A stretch of DNA of 64,000 nt from Candidatus Latescibacterota bacterium. Lineage in GTDB: Bacteria; Latescibacterota; UBA2968; GCA-2709665. Numbering within the stretch: position 1 is the stretch's first letter; each line of letters opens with the position of its first letter. The notes beneath the pieces were generated by a model. It searched no databases and was not told the DNA's origin. It saw only the letters and a program-made list of their open reading frames with translations. A program made the translations under genes and the position numbers. Location of the stretch: NCBI GenBank assembly GCA_965222075.1, contig OZ244937.1, positions 3,136,001 through 3,200,000 of the forward strand. Direction: 5' to 3'. Below, piece after piece: positions 20,060 through 29,844 of this stretch.

Positions 20060-20164
20060 GTTTTCTACCTGCCAGAGCGATAGCACTTCAGATAATTATT
20101 CTGAGTTTACGCAGCCTTTGGCATGATGTCTTCAGCAGCGGCATAATCGCCCAGGGTTTGCCGT

Positions 20165-20294
20165 ACCTGCCTGCCTGTGCGTGCTGTCTCACCTGCCTGC
20201 GCGGCGCACCGCGCTGCAGGCAGGCGCACGCAGACAGGCTTTCGGTGTCGCACCTGTCAGGCAGGCCGAGCTCGACTCGGCAGGCAGCAGACAG
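20165..20294. repeat. nested palindromic repeat cluster (CCTGCCTG...CAGGCAGG / CCTGTGCGTGC...GCACGCAGACAGG)
   Basis: Several inverted-repeat pairs nested within each other in an intergenic region. Confidence 0.75.
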
Positions 20295-20333
20295 AGCACC
20301 CGGAGGCGTGATCTATTTTTCAGATTCTTTTCC

Positions 20334-22751
20334 TCACCCCTGAATTCCTCTGGTCTCACCAGGAGCGATCCGTTCGGTTCCTCCTTCTCCTTCGCCGCTT
20401 GCGATTTCCACCTGTGCGTCGCCGTCTCCGATATTGGTCACATAAGTCGCGCCGTCCGGAACAGCGTCCACCCGGATGTCGCCCTCGACCCGGAGGGTGC
20501 GGACAGCCTCGAGGAGGCAGGCGGTTTGGCCGTTGAGAGTGACGGTGCAACGCAGGGTGTCTCCGGCAGCCTCGACGGTTGCGCCGGAGTAGATCGGTAA
20601 TTTTTCCGGGCGGGACAGACTGAAGGCACAGGCACGGCGGTTTGCCTCGAAGTTGGCCGCCGCGAGATAGCCGTCGGCGGCAAGGGCAGCGCTGTTCTGG
20701 GCACCCGACAGGGCGTGGAAGCCGGTTGAGGCGGTGTCATCGTGAGATTGTTCAGGGGTGAGCAGGGCGGTCAGGCGGCCGGCCTCATCGCCGGTGTTGA
20801 GCGATTTCGGTTCCTGCTGGCGAGAAAGGATGAGGTCGTCGGCGATGGCGCGGTAGGGTTTGTAGTAATGGCGGTTGTGGTAGACTGCCTGTCCGGCGCC
20901 TGTGAAGTGGATGCCCAGGCGGTTGTCGATGTTGAGCCAGGCGGGTTGTCCAAGCGTGTCAACGATATCGTCGCTTTCGGCATCGCCGTGCCAGCCTTTG
21001 TAGTCGGTCGACCCATCGGGACGGTAGAGACTACGGACGCCCCGGCAGTTGGGGGCAAGCAATGGGAAGGTTTCGTTGGTAATGCGGAGGAAGCCCTGGT
21101 CAAGGGATTCGAGGGTGAGGTCCTCCAGTGCGACGAAGCGTTCGAAGGAGAGGACGCGCCCGTCGGGAAGGCTGGCGAAGAGGACCTGCTGGCGAAGGGT
21201 CTCCTGGCAGCGGTCCATAACCAGGGCGGCGGCGAAGCTGTGGCCGTATTCGGTGACGGTGACCTTCTTGAGACGGTGGCTGTCGGGGCGGTCCTGGACA
21301 ACCGGGACGCCCAGATAGGTGTCGGAGCAGGGGGCGATGGTGTAGATGCCTTCTTTTGTGAGGGGTAAGGCCATGATGGCGTTTCGCCAGGCGAAGGAGG
21401 TCTGGCCGTTTTTATGCCTGTGGTGGACGAATCCGGCATGCGGAAAGGTGCGCACGCCGGCGAGGCGGTCTTCGAGTTCGGCTTCGGGGAGGGGGTCGGG
21501 TCCGGACCCGAAGAGGCGGTGGAAGAGGTAGAGGTGGGCGACGGAGCGGATGTTGGTTTCCCGCATGATGAGGGGGTCCTGCTGGCCGTGCGCTTTCATG
21601 GCCAGGTCGCGGTCGAAGAGTCTGCCGTTGTTGCCTTCCATCCGGAGTTCGCCGCAGCGGAGACCCCGGCGCTGGAGCGCGGCGGCGGCGGGATCGTTGA
21701 AGAAGACGGCGGCGATGGCGTGGGAGGTCTCTGTTCCGACGGTGGGGAGGTAGGGCCAGTCCATGCCCTGAACGGCCTGGGCGTAGCCCCCGCCGTCGGT
21801 GAGGGATTTGAGGTTTTCGTAGACGCGCTTGCGGTTCCAGAAGAGCTCGGAGGGGAGGTCCCTGCCCCAGAGTTTGTAGTGGGAGCCGACGCTCATGAGG
21901 GACCGGACGCCGGAGCCGGTATAGTTGGGATGAACCATGCCGTGGTTCTCCGCCCAGTAGTCGGGCAGCGCGGTGAAGGTTTTGAAGGCGAGCTCCCCGG
22001 CGGTAGCATCGCCGACGGGACCGTGATCCTTTGCGTCCTGGGGAGCGGCGCAGGTGGAATACATCCAGCGGTGCGTCAGTGCCTCCCAGTCGGACGCATT
22101 TTCGTGGCGGGAGAGGAAGAGGAAGCAGGAGGTGAGGCCCATAGAGGTCCAGGCGTTTTCTTCCATCTGGGTGTCCACGTAGATGCCGCTTTTGGGGGGC
22201 ATGTCGCCGAAGCGCAACGCATAGTCTTCGTGGATGCGGGCCATCATCATCCAGGTTTCCTCGTTGATGTGGTCGCGCAGGAGAAGGCAGATGCGGGCCA
22301 TGCTGGCGATGCCGCTGCCGCACTGGCTTTCGCAGAAAAAGCCCCTGCCGCGCTCGCCCCATTTGGTGCTGCAATTCTCCGGGCGCCCGAGGCCGGTGGC
22401 GGGCCGGACACAGTCTTCAGGACCGGTGTCGTGGGTGAAGCAGAGGTAGCGGAGACCCTTGATGGCCATCTCCCGGAGGTCGGATCTGGAGACGCCGACG
22501 GCCTGTTCGTCGTATTCGGGGGAGACGCTGGCTAAGGCAAAGGCCTCGGCGGGGGCGTTGGTTTCGTTGCCGTACCAGTGGCAGCCGCTGAAGAAGTGCC
22601 CGCAGCCGGGGCGGTCTGGCCAGTCGGCGAAGTATTCGACGCCGACGGGGATCCACGCTTCGAGCATGCGAAGGTAGCGCCGGCTCAGGTCGTTTTCCCC
22701 GGACGGAAGGTAAGCGGTCTTAAGGTCGGTGGTGTCGTCGATTGTGACCAT
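20334..22751 (-). CDS. large hypothetical protein, possibly lyase-like (helical N-terminal plus beta C-terminal)
   Basis: ~805 aa, AAGGAG RBS, motifs DTQMEENAW, AENHGMVHPNY, QGMDW, WLNIDNRLG. Confidence 0.75.
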   Translation of the reverse strand: MVTIDDTTDLKTAYLPSGENDLSRRYLRMLEAWIPVGVEYFADWPDRPGCGHFFSGCHWYGNETNAPAEAFALASVSPEYDEQAVGVSRSDLREMAIKGLRYLCFTHDTGPEDCVRPATGLGRPENCSTKWGERGRGFFCESQCGSGIASMARICLLLRDHINEETWMMMARIHEDYALRFGDMPPKSGIYVDTQMEENAWTSMGLTSCFLFLSRHENASDWEALTHRWMYSTCAAPQDAKDHGPVGDATAGELAFKTFTALPDYWAENHGMVHPNYTGSGVRSLMSVGSHYKLWGRDLPSELFWNRKRVYENLKSLTDGGGYAQAVQGMDWPYLPTVGTETSHAIAAVFFNDPAAAALQRRGLRCGELRMEGNNGRLFDRDLAMKAHGQQDPLIMRETNIRSVAHLYLFHRLFGSGPDPLPEAELEDRLAGVRTFPHAGFVHHRHKNGQTSFAWRNAIMALPLTKEGIYTIAPCSDTYLGVPVVQDRPDSHRLKKVTVTEYGHSFAAALVMDRCQETLRQQVLFASLPDGRVLSFERFVALEDLTLESLDQGFLRITNETFPLLAPNCRGVRSLYRPDGSTDYKGWHGDAESDDIVDTLGQPAWLNIDNRLGIHFTGAGQAVYHNRHYYKPYRAIADDLILSRQQEPKSLNTGDEAGRLTALLTPEQSHDDTASTGFHALSGAQNSAALAADGYLAAANFEANRRACAFSLSRPEKLPIYSGATVEAAGDTLRCTVTLNGQTACLLEAVRTLRVEGDIRVDAVPDGATYVTNIGDGDAQVEIASGEGEGGTERIAPGETRGIQG

Positions 22752-22813
22752 TGAGGAAGTCTCCTTTAGGGTGGATAGATACGCAAATACAACCACCGAT
22801 GAACACCGATTTC

Positions 22814-22874
22814 AATTGGGGATTGGAGATTGGGGATTGGATGCTTTTTAATCCGCATTCCGAAATCCCCAATT
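22814..22874. repeat. inverted heptamer tandem repeats (ATTGGGG / AATCCCC type)
   Basis: attgggg-attggag-attgggg facing aatccgc-attccga-aatcccc. Confidence 0.7.
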
Positions 22875-22885
22875 TTTCGAGGGTC

Positions 22886-25579
22886 CTAAAATATCGTGAC
22901 GTTGGCAATTTCAAAGCGGTTCTGCCCGGTCCACGACCGGCCTGGGAAGAAGGTATGCCTGCTCGTGCCGTCCGGGGCGATTTCAAAGCCGGGGTCGTCG
23001 GAGAGGAGAAGCACAGTACGGCCTTCCCGATCAGATACACCTGCGATTTCATAGCCATAGGTGAACCCCGCGCCGTCCGTTACAATAACCGTTAACCCTT
23101 TGAGCCGGGCGCCGGGCGGGAGCGGACAATCCACGGCCAGCCCGTCCACCGCATCTCCTCGCGCTTTTCTCAGTACTTCCACGATCCCTCCGGAGACCAT
23201 ACCTTCGTCCATCAGCCGGTGGGGGCCTTTTTCCAGGACCGTGCCTCCCACCAGGGTCATTCGCTCGACGGTTCCGTTTCGTTCGCGTATGAAGCCGATC
23301 CGGCCCTGGAGGAGGATGTCGCCTGTGTGCAGGGGGTGATCGCCGGAGGCGCAGAGGAGATGGTCCGTTCGATCGCCGAAGGTGATTTTGAGGGCGACAT
23401 CGTTCGGGTCCGGAAGGGGGAGGCGCTCGACCGAGGTGAGGAAGGGACGATCCTCGAAAGGTTCCAGGATGCTGACAAAGGCGCTGGAGAGGTCCTTTCC
23501 CTCGCGGCGCTGGATGAGGGTGGGCATGGTGAAGTCGTCCAGCTTGCCTTCATTTTCCCCGGCACGGCGGACCGAGGGGACGGCGCCAAATAGAAGATGG
23601 GCGTCCGGCTCAGAGAGGCCGTGGACTTTTACGGCGGCCTCCGGGGCTGCCTCGCTGGTAAAGGTGGCGGTCCACGGGCCGGCGGGCGAGGCGCGTTCGA
23701 TGTTTCGCACGTAGGCGTAGGCGATGTTGTGGCCTTGCGCATCGCCGGGGACGTTTTCGCCGGTTGGGAGGCGGAAGGTGACGCCGGGCGGAAGGAGCGT
23801 ATCCCCATACCTGGTCTTTGACAGGTCGGTTTCGATCGCGCCGTCGTGGTTTGCGTCTCCAACCAGGGTGTATTCGTGCCGTTTGCCGCCCCTGACGCGG
23901 AAGAGGTCCACCACGTATGCGTCCTCCGGGGAGACGCCGATGAGGAGCAGCATCCGCCGGTAGGTCTGCGTGATGCCGGGGTAGGCGCGCGCTCCGCCGG
24001 CCTCGACGGCCTGGAAGTTCCCGTCTCCAGGGATGTAGAGGAGCAGGTTGCCGTCGGAGGGGCGTTTCTCGGACCCGTGCGTCTGGTTCTGCCCGTCTAC
24101 CATGACCGTGCTGTGCGAGAGGGTGCAGGCGGCCCATTCTCTGTGTTTGGTCCAGGTGTAGCCGATGTCGGAGAGGCGCTCGTTTCCGTGTGAGAAGAGG
24201 GTGATGCTCAACAGATCAGCGTGCGCGTGGCCATAGGCGCCGGAGAAGTGGAGGTGGGCCTGCACCTGGTGGGGACCGCGCCCCCGGCCGAGCCAGGCGT
24301 GGCCGACGCCCGGCAGCAGGTGCGGGCCGGTGGACGCCGTGGGGTCCCGCTGCTCCCACGCCCAGGCATCGTGAATGGGGACGACCCGGCCGTTGGGATA
24401 GCGGAGGATGCAGGGGATCAGCCGGGCTTTTTCGAGGATGGGGAACTGTGCCGGGAGATCGAGGTTGTCGAAGCGTTCCCCGGTTTCCGGGTGGGTGTAG
24501 CCGGGGGGGTCGCTGTAGCCGTTGAGGAGTTCGAAGAGAGGGCCCAGGCCGTCGAGGGTCATGGTGTGGTAGGAGACGGTGCCCTCGCGCCACATGCCGT
24601 CGACGAAGAACTGTTTTTTGATGATTCTGCCGGTCCAGTCCACGGCCTCGTGGATGTATGCCGGGTCGTTCAGCACGCGGCCGGCGACGATCAGCCCGCG
24701 CAGGATATAGGGGTCGGCGTTGCTCAACTGCTGCGGATAGGCGCGGACGAAGGCGATGCTGGCCCGGAAGAGGTCCTCTTCGATCCGGCGTTTTGTCTCG
24801 GCCTCCAGCGCTTCGCTGTCGCGGATGAGGTCGTAGGCCCGGATGAGGGGGGTGGGGATGTCGGAATAGGTCCAGAAGGAGAGTTTGGCGGCCCGGTAGT
24901 TGGAGACCGGGTAGGGGAATCCGTGATCACCGGGGAAGATGACTTTTTGCTGGAAGGGCATGTCGTAGTGGACGCAGTAGCCGGGGTAGACGTCGGCGAA
25001 CCGTTTCAGAATGAGGGCGGCGCGGTGAGCGTAAGATGCGTCTTGGGTGAGAAAATAGAGTTGGGCCAGATCCCAGGCGGCGTTCATAAAATAGTCCTGG
25101 GCGACCTGCCAGCCTTTGGCCTGGAAATAGTGGCGGTAGCCTCCCTTCGGGTCAAAGGCGGACAGAGAATGCGGGAGCGGGGTCGGGGGCGAGTCCGGCG
25201 CCTCCCAGTAGGGGTATTCCTGTATTTCGCCAAGCGGGTTTGTGACGCAAAGGACGCCGGTTTCCGGGTAGGTCTCGCCGGGATAGCGCATCCCGCAGAA
25301 GCGGCAGAAGGTTTCGTCCGGGCGTTCGATGCTCCAGGTGATCTGGTTTTCCTCCGCGCCGTTTTCGCAGTTGGGACATCCCACGAAGCGGAATCCGGAG
25401 CGGTCCGGGATGAGACGTAAGAGTTCCGGCTCTGAGAGCACCAGCACGGGCTTGAGCTTATTGAGCAGCGGCTCGATGTCACCCTCGTCCACCGTCGGGG
25501 AGATGGCCGGACCCGGGGCGGCCTCAAGGAGGGTGGGAAGAAGAAGGACCAGCACGAGCAAGAAGATGTAGGTGAGCAT
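22886..25579 (-). CDS. heparinase II/III family protein, secreted
   Basis: Signal peptide, DGMWREGTVSYH, GHAHADLLSI, DIGY, SHSTVMVDG, YRRMLLL, YVVDLFRV. Confidence 0.82.
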   Translation of the reverse strand: MLTYIFLLVLVLLLPTLLEAAPGPAISPTVDEGDIEPLLNKLKPVLVLSEPELLRLIPDRSGFRFVGCPNCENGAEENQITWSIERPDETFCRFCGMRYPGETYPETGVLCVTNPLGEIQEYPYWEAPDSPPTPLPHSLSAFDPKGGYRHYFQAKGWQVAQDYFMNAAWDLAQLYFLTQDASYAHRAALILKRFADVYPGYCVHYDMPFQQKVIFPGDHGFPYPVSNYRAAKLSFWTYSDIPTPLIRAYDLIRDSEALEAETKRRIEEDLFRASIAFVRAYPQQLSNADPYILRGLIVAGRVLNDPAYIHEAVDWTGRIIKKQFFVDGMWREGTVSYHTMTLDGLGPLFELLNGYSDPPGYTHPETGERFDNLDLPAQFPILEKARLIPCILRYPNGRVVPIHDAWAWEQRDPTASTGPHLLPGVGHAWLGRGRGPHQVQAHLHFSGAYGHAHADLLSITLFSHGNERLSDIGYTWTKHREWAACTLSHSTVMVDGQNQTHGSEKRPSDGNLLLYIPGDGNFQAVEAGGARAYPGITQTYRRMLLLIGVSPEDAYVVDLFRVRGGKRHEYTLVGDANHDGAIETDLSKTRYGDTLLPPGVTFRLPTGENVPGDAQGHNIAYAYVRNIERASPAGPWTATFTSEAAPEAAVKVHGLSEPDAHLLFGAVPSVRRAGENEGKLDDFTMPTLIQRREGKDLSSAFVSILEPFEDRPFLTSVERLPLPDPNDVALKITFGDRTDHLLCASGDHPLHTGDILLQGRIGFIRERNGTVERMTLVGGTVLEKGPHRLMDEGMVSGGIVEVLRKARGDAVDGLAVDCPLPPGARLKGLTVIVTDGAGFTYGYEIAGVSDREGRTVLLLSDDPGFEIAPDGTSRHTFFPGRSWTGQNRFEIANVTIF

Positions 25580-25643
25580 GGATGGTGCTTTCTGGTCGAG
25601 GTTAAGTGTTCACCCTATATTCGCTTCCAGACCGGATCGCCCG

Positions 25644-26417
25644 CTATGCACCTTGCGGCCTCGGGTGGACCTGCCAGTTATCGTTCGGGTCCCCGCCACA
25701 GCAGAGGACGGCCCACTTTTTGCGGCCGAGGGTGGGCACGAGATCGGTGCCGGCGTAGGTTGCGGTGAAGCCGCCCCGGGGTCTGTCGGCAGTCCGGTTG
25801 GGGGGCGAGGCATGGATGAGCAGGTCTGAGAAGAAGACGGCCTGGCCGGGTTTGAGTTCGATGGGGACCGCTTCGCCGTAGCGTCCGGCGTCGGGGATGT
25901 GGTGGCCGGCTTCCTCGCACTCGATGACCCCCAGCTTGTGCGATCCGGGGATGAACCCCATGCAGCCGTTTTCAATAAAAGCCTCGTCAATGGCAAGCCA
26001 GACGAGTGCACATCTCGCGTCCATCGGGTTGAAGGTGGCATCCTGGTGGTAGACGGTTCTGCTGCTGCTGTTGGGGTCCGGTTCCTTGCGGATGTACTGG
26101 CTGGTGTGACAAATGACGTTGGGGCCGAGGAGGTCTTTCAGGTAATCCGTGGTGACCGGGTGGGTGACGATGTCGTAGAGTTCGGGGATTTCGTGGTGGA
26201 AGGCCTGGAACTGGTCGTAGCTGGTGAGCCTTTTCCTGGATCTGGAGAAAAAGTCCTGGATCTCTTCGAGTTCACTGCCTTCAAAGAGGGGAACCCCTGT
26301 GATGTATCCCTGTTCGTTGTAGCAACCGATCTGTTCGCGTGTGAAGTGTCGAGACGCTTCACGGACAATGGGATGAAAGGTGAGGTCCGGGTCCAGGTCG
26401 GGGTACATGGATTTCAT
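25644..26417 (-). CDS. phytanoyl-CoA dioxygenase (PhyH) family protein
   Basis: YHQD (HxD), VWLAID, ENGCMGFIPGSH, HASPPN...R. Confidence 0.88.
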   Translation of the reverse strand: MKSMYPDLDPDLTFHPIVREASRHFTREQIGCYNEQGYITGVPLFEGSELEEIQDFFSRSRKRLTSYDQFQAFHHEIPELYDIVTHPVTTDYLKDLLGPNVICHTSQYIRKEPDPNSSSRTVYHQDATFNPMDARCALVWLAIDEAFIENGCMGFIPGSHKLGVIECEEAGHHIPDAGRYGEAVPIELKPGQAVFFSDLLIHASPPNRTADRPRGGFTATYAGTDLVPTLGRKKWAVLCCGGDPNDNWQVHPRPQGA

Positions 26418-26546
26418 GGGTGTGGTCTCCTCCGGTTATGCTACGCGCTAACCTTCTTCCCCGTGCGGATGCCGGTTACCGCGGGACCGTTGCGGTGCCG
26501 GCCATGAATGTGTTCAGCATGGTATTTCCTCAGTTGAAGACAACCC

Positions 26547-27359
26547 CTATACCAAGACCTCCAATCCCAGGATTTTTGCGGCGGTGCGATGGCTGATGTC
26601 TTCGCAGGTTTCCTTGTCTACGGGGAGGACCGCGCGTTTTACCAGAGCGGCGCCGGGGTAGGAGAAGGGGACGTGGGTGCCGAAGATGAGGTGGTTTGCG
26701 CCTCCCTGTTCGACAAGATAGGTCAGGTCTTTCATGCGGGTGATGTCTCCGTGCAGGACGTAGTGCACTTCGGCCAGGGAGAGGTCCACGTACCAGGGGT
26801 GGTCTCGAATGTCCGCCCGCTGCCACAGCGGGGTGTGGACAATGCCCCGGGCGTTGGGGACGACGATGGTGGTATCGGGGAAAGCGGCGATCAGGTTGGC
26901 GACGCCGTTTAAATCGACGACCTTGCCGGGGTCCATCCAGTGGCGCTCCCGGGCATCTTCCATCCGGTGGGGGATGAAGACGGGCAGGTTGCGTTCGCCG
27001 CAGGCACCGACGAGTTTGCGGCCTTCGGGTCCGTCTACCTGATAGTTATGGTACTGCGGGAAGAGGCGCACACCTGCCATGCCAAGTTCCTCGTGGCAGG
27101 TTTTTAGATCGTCTTCCCATTTGGGGTATGTGGGGTTGATCGTCGCCATCGGCACCAGGCGGCCCTCGAAAGGGACGACGGCTTCGGCCAGGTTCTCGTT
27201 GGCGGGCTGCACGTTGCGGTGGAAGATCGCCTCGATTTGCGAGACGGCCGCGCTGTCGATGCCGGAGCGGTCGAGCCGGTCGACGAGTGCTTGGGGGGTG
27301 TTGTCTTTCAGGGAGCGGAAAGGCCAGCTTCCCAGCCAGGCGTTGATATCGAAGATCAT
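26547..27359 (-). CDS. amidohydrolase family protein (Amidohydro_2)
   Basis: IFDINAWLG, GVRLFPQYH, LIFGTHVPF; ATGA overlap with the upstream paralog. Confidence 0.8.
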   Translation of the reverse strand: MIFDINAWLGSWPFRSLKDNTPQALVDRLDRSGIDSAAVSQIEAIFHRNVQPANENLAEAVVPFEGRLVPMATINPTYPKWEDDLKTCHEELGMAGVRLFPQYHNYQVDGPEGRKLVGACGERNLPVFIPHRMEDARERHWMDPGKVVDLNGVANLIAAFPDTTIVVPNARGIVHTPLWQRADIRDHPWYVDLSLAEVHYVLHGDITRMKDLTYLVEQGGANHLIFGTHVPFSYPGAALVKRAVLPVDKETCEDISHRTAAKILGLEVLV

Positions 27360-27870
27360 GGTGCGACTCCTTCCCTTTTGGAGGCCAGCGGCGTTTCGCC
27401 CTGCGCGGCGAGGATGCGTTGGACATTGCCCCGAAAGATGAGGTCTTTTTCCGCTTCGGTAAGGGCGGCGTCTAAGACCTTGCCGACGCTGCCGGACATG
27501 ATGCCGTCGGTGCCGAAGAGGACGCGCTCGGCGCCCAGTTCAGCAGCGGCGAACTCGATCTGCCCATCGTCCAGGTTGCTGCCGCTGGTGTCGATGTAGA
27601 CGTTGGGCGAGGCGTCCCTCATGGCGCGCAGAACGGAGTCGTTGTGTTCACGCACCTCTTCGACCGGGGCTTTGCGGCCGCCGCCGATGGGACGGGAACA
27701 CCAGAATTCCGTGATGCCCAGCATGGGACGGGAACACCAGAATTCCGTTCTCCGGAGGCGACGAGGTGGTCGCTGGAGATCTCTTCGTGCGATCGATCCG
27801 GAAAGGGCCGGACGTGACAGTGCATATCGATTTTCGGACGGCGAAGCCCGGCTTCGATGTCAAGGATCAT
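27356..27870 (-). pseudogene. amidohydrolase with duplication-induced frameshift and large internal deletion
   Basis: IDMHCH in one frame; a 26-bp direct repeat (27687-27712 / 27723-27748) shifts the frame; LRAM joins directly to RDASPNVYIDTSG...VLFGTDG; only ~163 codons remain. Confidence 0.8.
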
Positions 27871-27904
27871 GCAGCTGCGCTCCTTATAAATGGACAATAA
27901 CAGG

Positions 27905-29665
27905 TTATCCTCGATCCCACGGGAAGGTGAATGTGGGCTGGTTTGCATATCGGTTCATTTTGATTGTGATGCGGCTGCCTGCGCCGGGGGCGAGGCGGAG
28001 GGTGAAGGTGGGGTGGTTCAAGACGCGGTCCCGGCTGTCGGCGGTTACGCCGGTGAACTGGTGTTCGGCATAGGCGCCGCCCTGGACGATGAGCGTACGC
28101 TCGTGGACGGAATTGATGTTTACAAGGGTGAGGGTGACGTCGGTGTCGGTGAGGGTTTCGACGAGGGCGGCGACGTCTTCGGGTATGCCGGCGCGGCGGT
28201 TGAGGGGGTCGAAGTAGCGCACCCGACAGTGCAGGGGTTCGCCATGGCGGGGGGTGAGGCCGCCCAGCATCAACTGGGTGAGACAGCTGTTGATGGCGGG
28301 ATTGAAGCGCAGGCTGTCGTCCGACATCCGGGTGTCCGGGGTGCTGGCGTCCTGACGGATGCCTTCCACTTTTCGGCGGACCGTTTCAAACTCCTGTTGA
28401 AGGGCTTCAACCGGGTAGTCCGGGTGCTTGCCTTCGAGGTAACCGATCCATCCGGTCTGCGGCAAATATTTGAGGTCGCCACGGTCCATGGACCAGTAGT
28501 AGACGTCCAGCGCGCCCTGGCTGTAGGGCTGCGGTGTATAGCTGTACCAGCCCTCATCGCCGTACATGTGGGGATACATCTCCCGGCCGTTGATTGTTTT
28601 TTTGTTGGCGTTGATCGTGTCGAGCATGGTGCGCCAGGCGTCCACGTAGCGCCGGTCGCCGGTGAGGAGGAGGGCATTGCCGAAACCGGCGACGCCCCGT
28701 TGGATGGTGTTGCGGTCGGACAGTTCGCCGGTTTGCGGGACGACGACGGTGAAGCCCCAGCCGTAGCAACCGCCATACCACTTGCCGCCGCACTCGCCGC
28801 CGATGGTGCCGTCTAAGCCGATGTTGGAGGGGAGGATGCCGTTGTTGGCCGCGGCCCTCTCGGCCCAGGCGTCCACGTATTCTAAGAGCCAGTCCCTGTA
28901 CTTGACCTCGCCGGCGAGCATGTAGGCGTTGAGCGCTAAGGTGGTGGCGGCGAGATTGGAGGGGTGATCGCCGACAATGTCGGTGTATTCCTCGAAGTGG
29001 GCGAGCATTTCGTCGAAGTTGCGCTCGCCGTGCGCAGGCTTGAACCTCCCCTCGATTTCGATGGGATCGCCTGCCCAGTCTAAGGCGGTGGCTTTGCGCA
29101 GGAGGGGGCCGCGGCTGCCGTTGAACATGCTGCGGATAATTTTGTGCTGGGGATCGTAGTTGGCGGCCTGGGGGTCTTCGTCCATGTAAAAGCCGGCATA
29201 ACGCCGCACCCGCTGCTGAAATTTGAGGTCGCAGGGATCCGACAGGCCCTGCAAGTTGAAGACGGTGAGGGTCTCGCCGTGGTGGAACCAGTCGAACATA
29301 ACGGGGAACTCTTTGTAGTACATCCCGTCGCGGGCGAGGGGGACCTCCACGGTTTTGGCTTCCGTGTACTGGAGGAGGTGCCCCTCCCAGGCCTGTTTGT
29401 ACATGCGCAGAATGCTGTCCGGCGCGCCCAGGGCGTGGAGGATCGGCCAGCCGGTGAGGTTTTCGATGGCGTCATCCGGACCATCGTTCCCCCCCCAGCG
29501 GGGGACACACATCAGGTACCCACGCCCGTCGAAATACCGGTCGTAGAAAACCTCACACGCCCGGCTCTGCGCCCGGATAAGCTCTCGCTGCAAAAGCGCC
29601 CAATCCGGCGGCGGGGTCGGCGTGTCGATTGAAAGGGTAAACGGGTTGGTGTTCGGCTTTTCCAC
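27905..29665 (-). CDS. conserved hypothetical protein (possibly alpha/alpha toroid enzyme)
   Basis: 586 aa, GTG start after GGAGG; GGNDGPDDAIEN, DWFHHGE, C-terminal QGGAYAEH. Confidence 0.8.
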   Translation of the reverse strand: MEKPNTNPFTLSIDTPTPPPDWALLQRELIRAQSRACEVFYDRYFDGRGYLMCVPRWGGNDGPDDAIENLTGWPILHALGAPDSILRMYKQAWEGHLLQYTEAKTVEVPLARDGMYYKEFPVMFDWFHHGETLTVFNLQGLSDPCDLKFQQRVRRYAGFYMDEDPQAANYDPQHKIIRSMFNGSRGPLLRKATALDWAGDPIEIEGRFKPAHGERNFDEMLAHFEEYTDIVGDHPSNLAATTLALNAYMLAGEVKYRDWLLEYVDAWAERAAANNGILPSNIGLDGTIGGECGGKWYGGCYGWGFTVVVPQTGELSDRNTIQRGVAGFGNALLLTGDRRYVDAWRTMLDTINANKKTINGREMYPHMYGDEGWYSYTPQPYSQGALDVYYWSMDRGDLKYLPQTGWIGYLEGKHPDYPVEALQQEFETVRRKVEGIRQDASTPDTRMSDDSLRFNPAINSCLTQLMLGGLTPRHGEPLHCRVRYFDPLNRRAGIPEDVAALVETLTDTDVTLTLVNINSVHERTLIVQGGAYAEHQFTGVTADSRDRVLNHPTFTLRLAPGAGSRITIKMNRYANQPTFTFPWDRG

Positions 29666-29844
29666 AGGTCTGATTCCTCCGATTGGTTTTCACGCCATTG
29701 TTGCGACGCGTTTTCTCCTCCAGGCGCTCACCACATGCCACCATTGCACGTCAGTACGCTCCGGGGGATGAGGGCCTGCACCGCCAGCGCAGCCAACAGG
29801 GCTTTCATATACCCGCCCCGGTGAGGAACGCGGTGAGCTTGTCC

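Noticed and set aside
27687-27748. 26-bp direct repeat as a mini-CRISPR
   Set aside because: Only two copies with a 10-bp spacer, inside a coding sequence, and no cas genes
29728-29808. 26-aa ORF MKALLAALAVQALIP... resembling a signal peptide
   Set aside because: Too short and unsupported; at most a gene remnant
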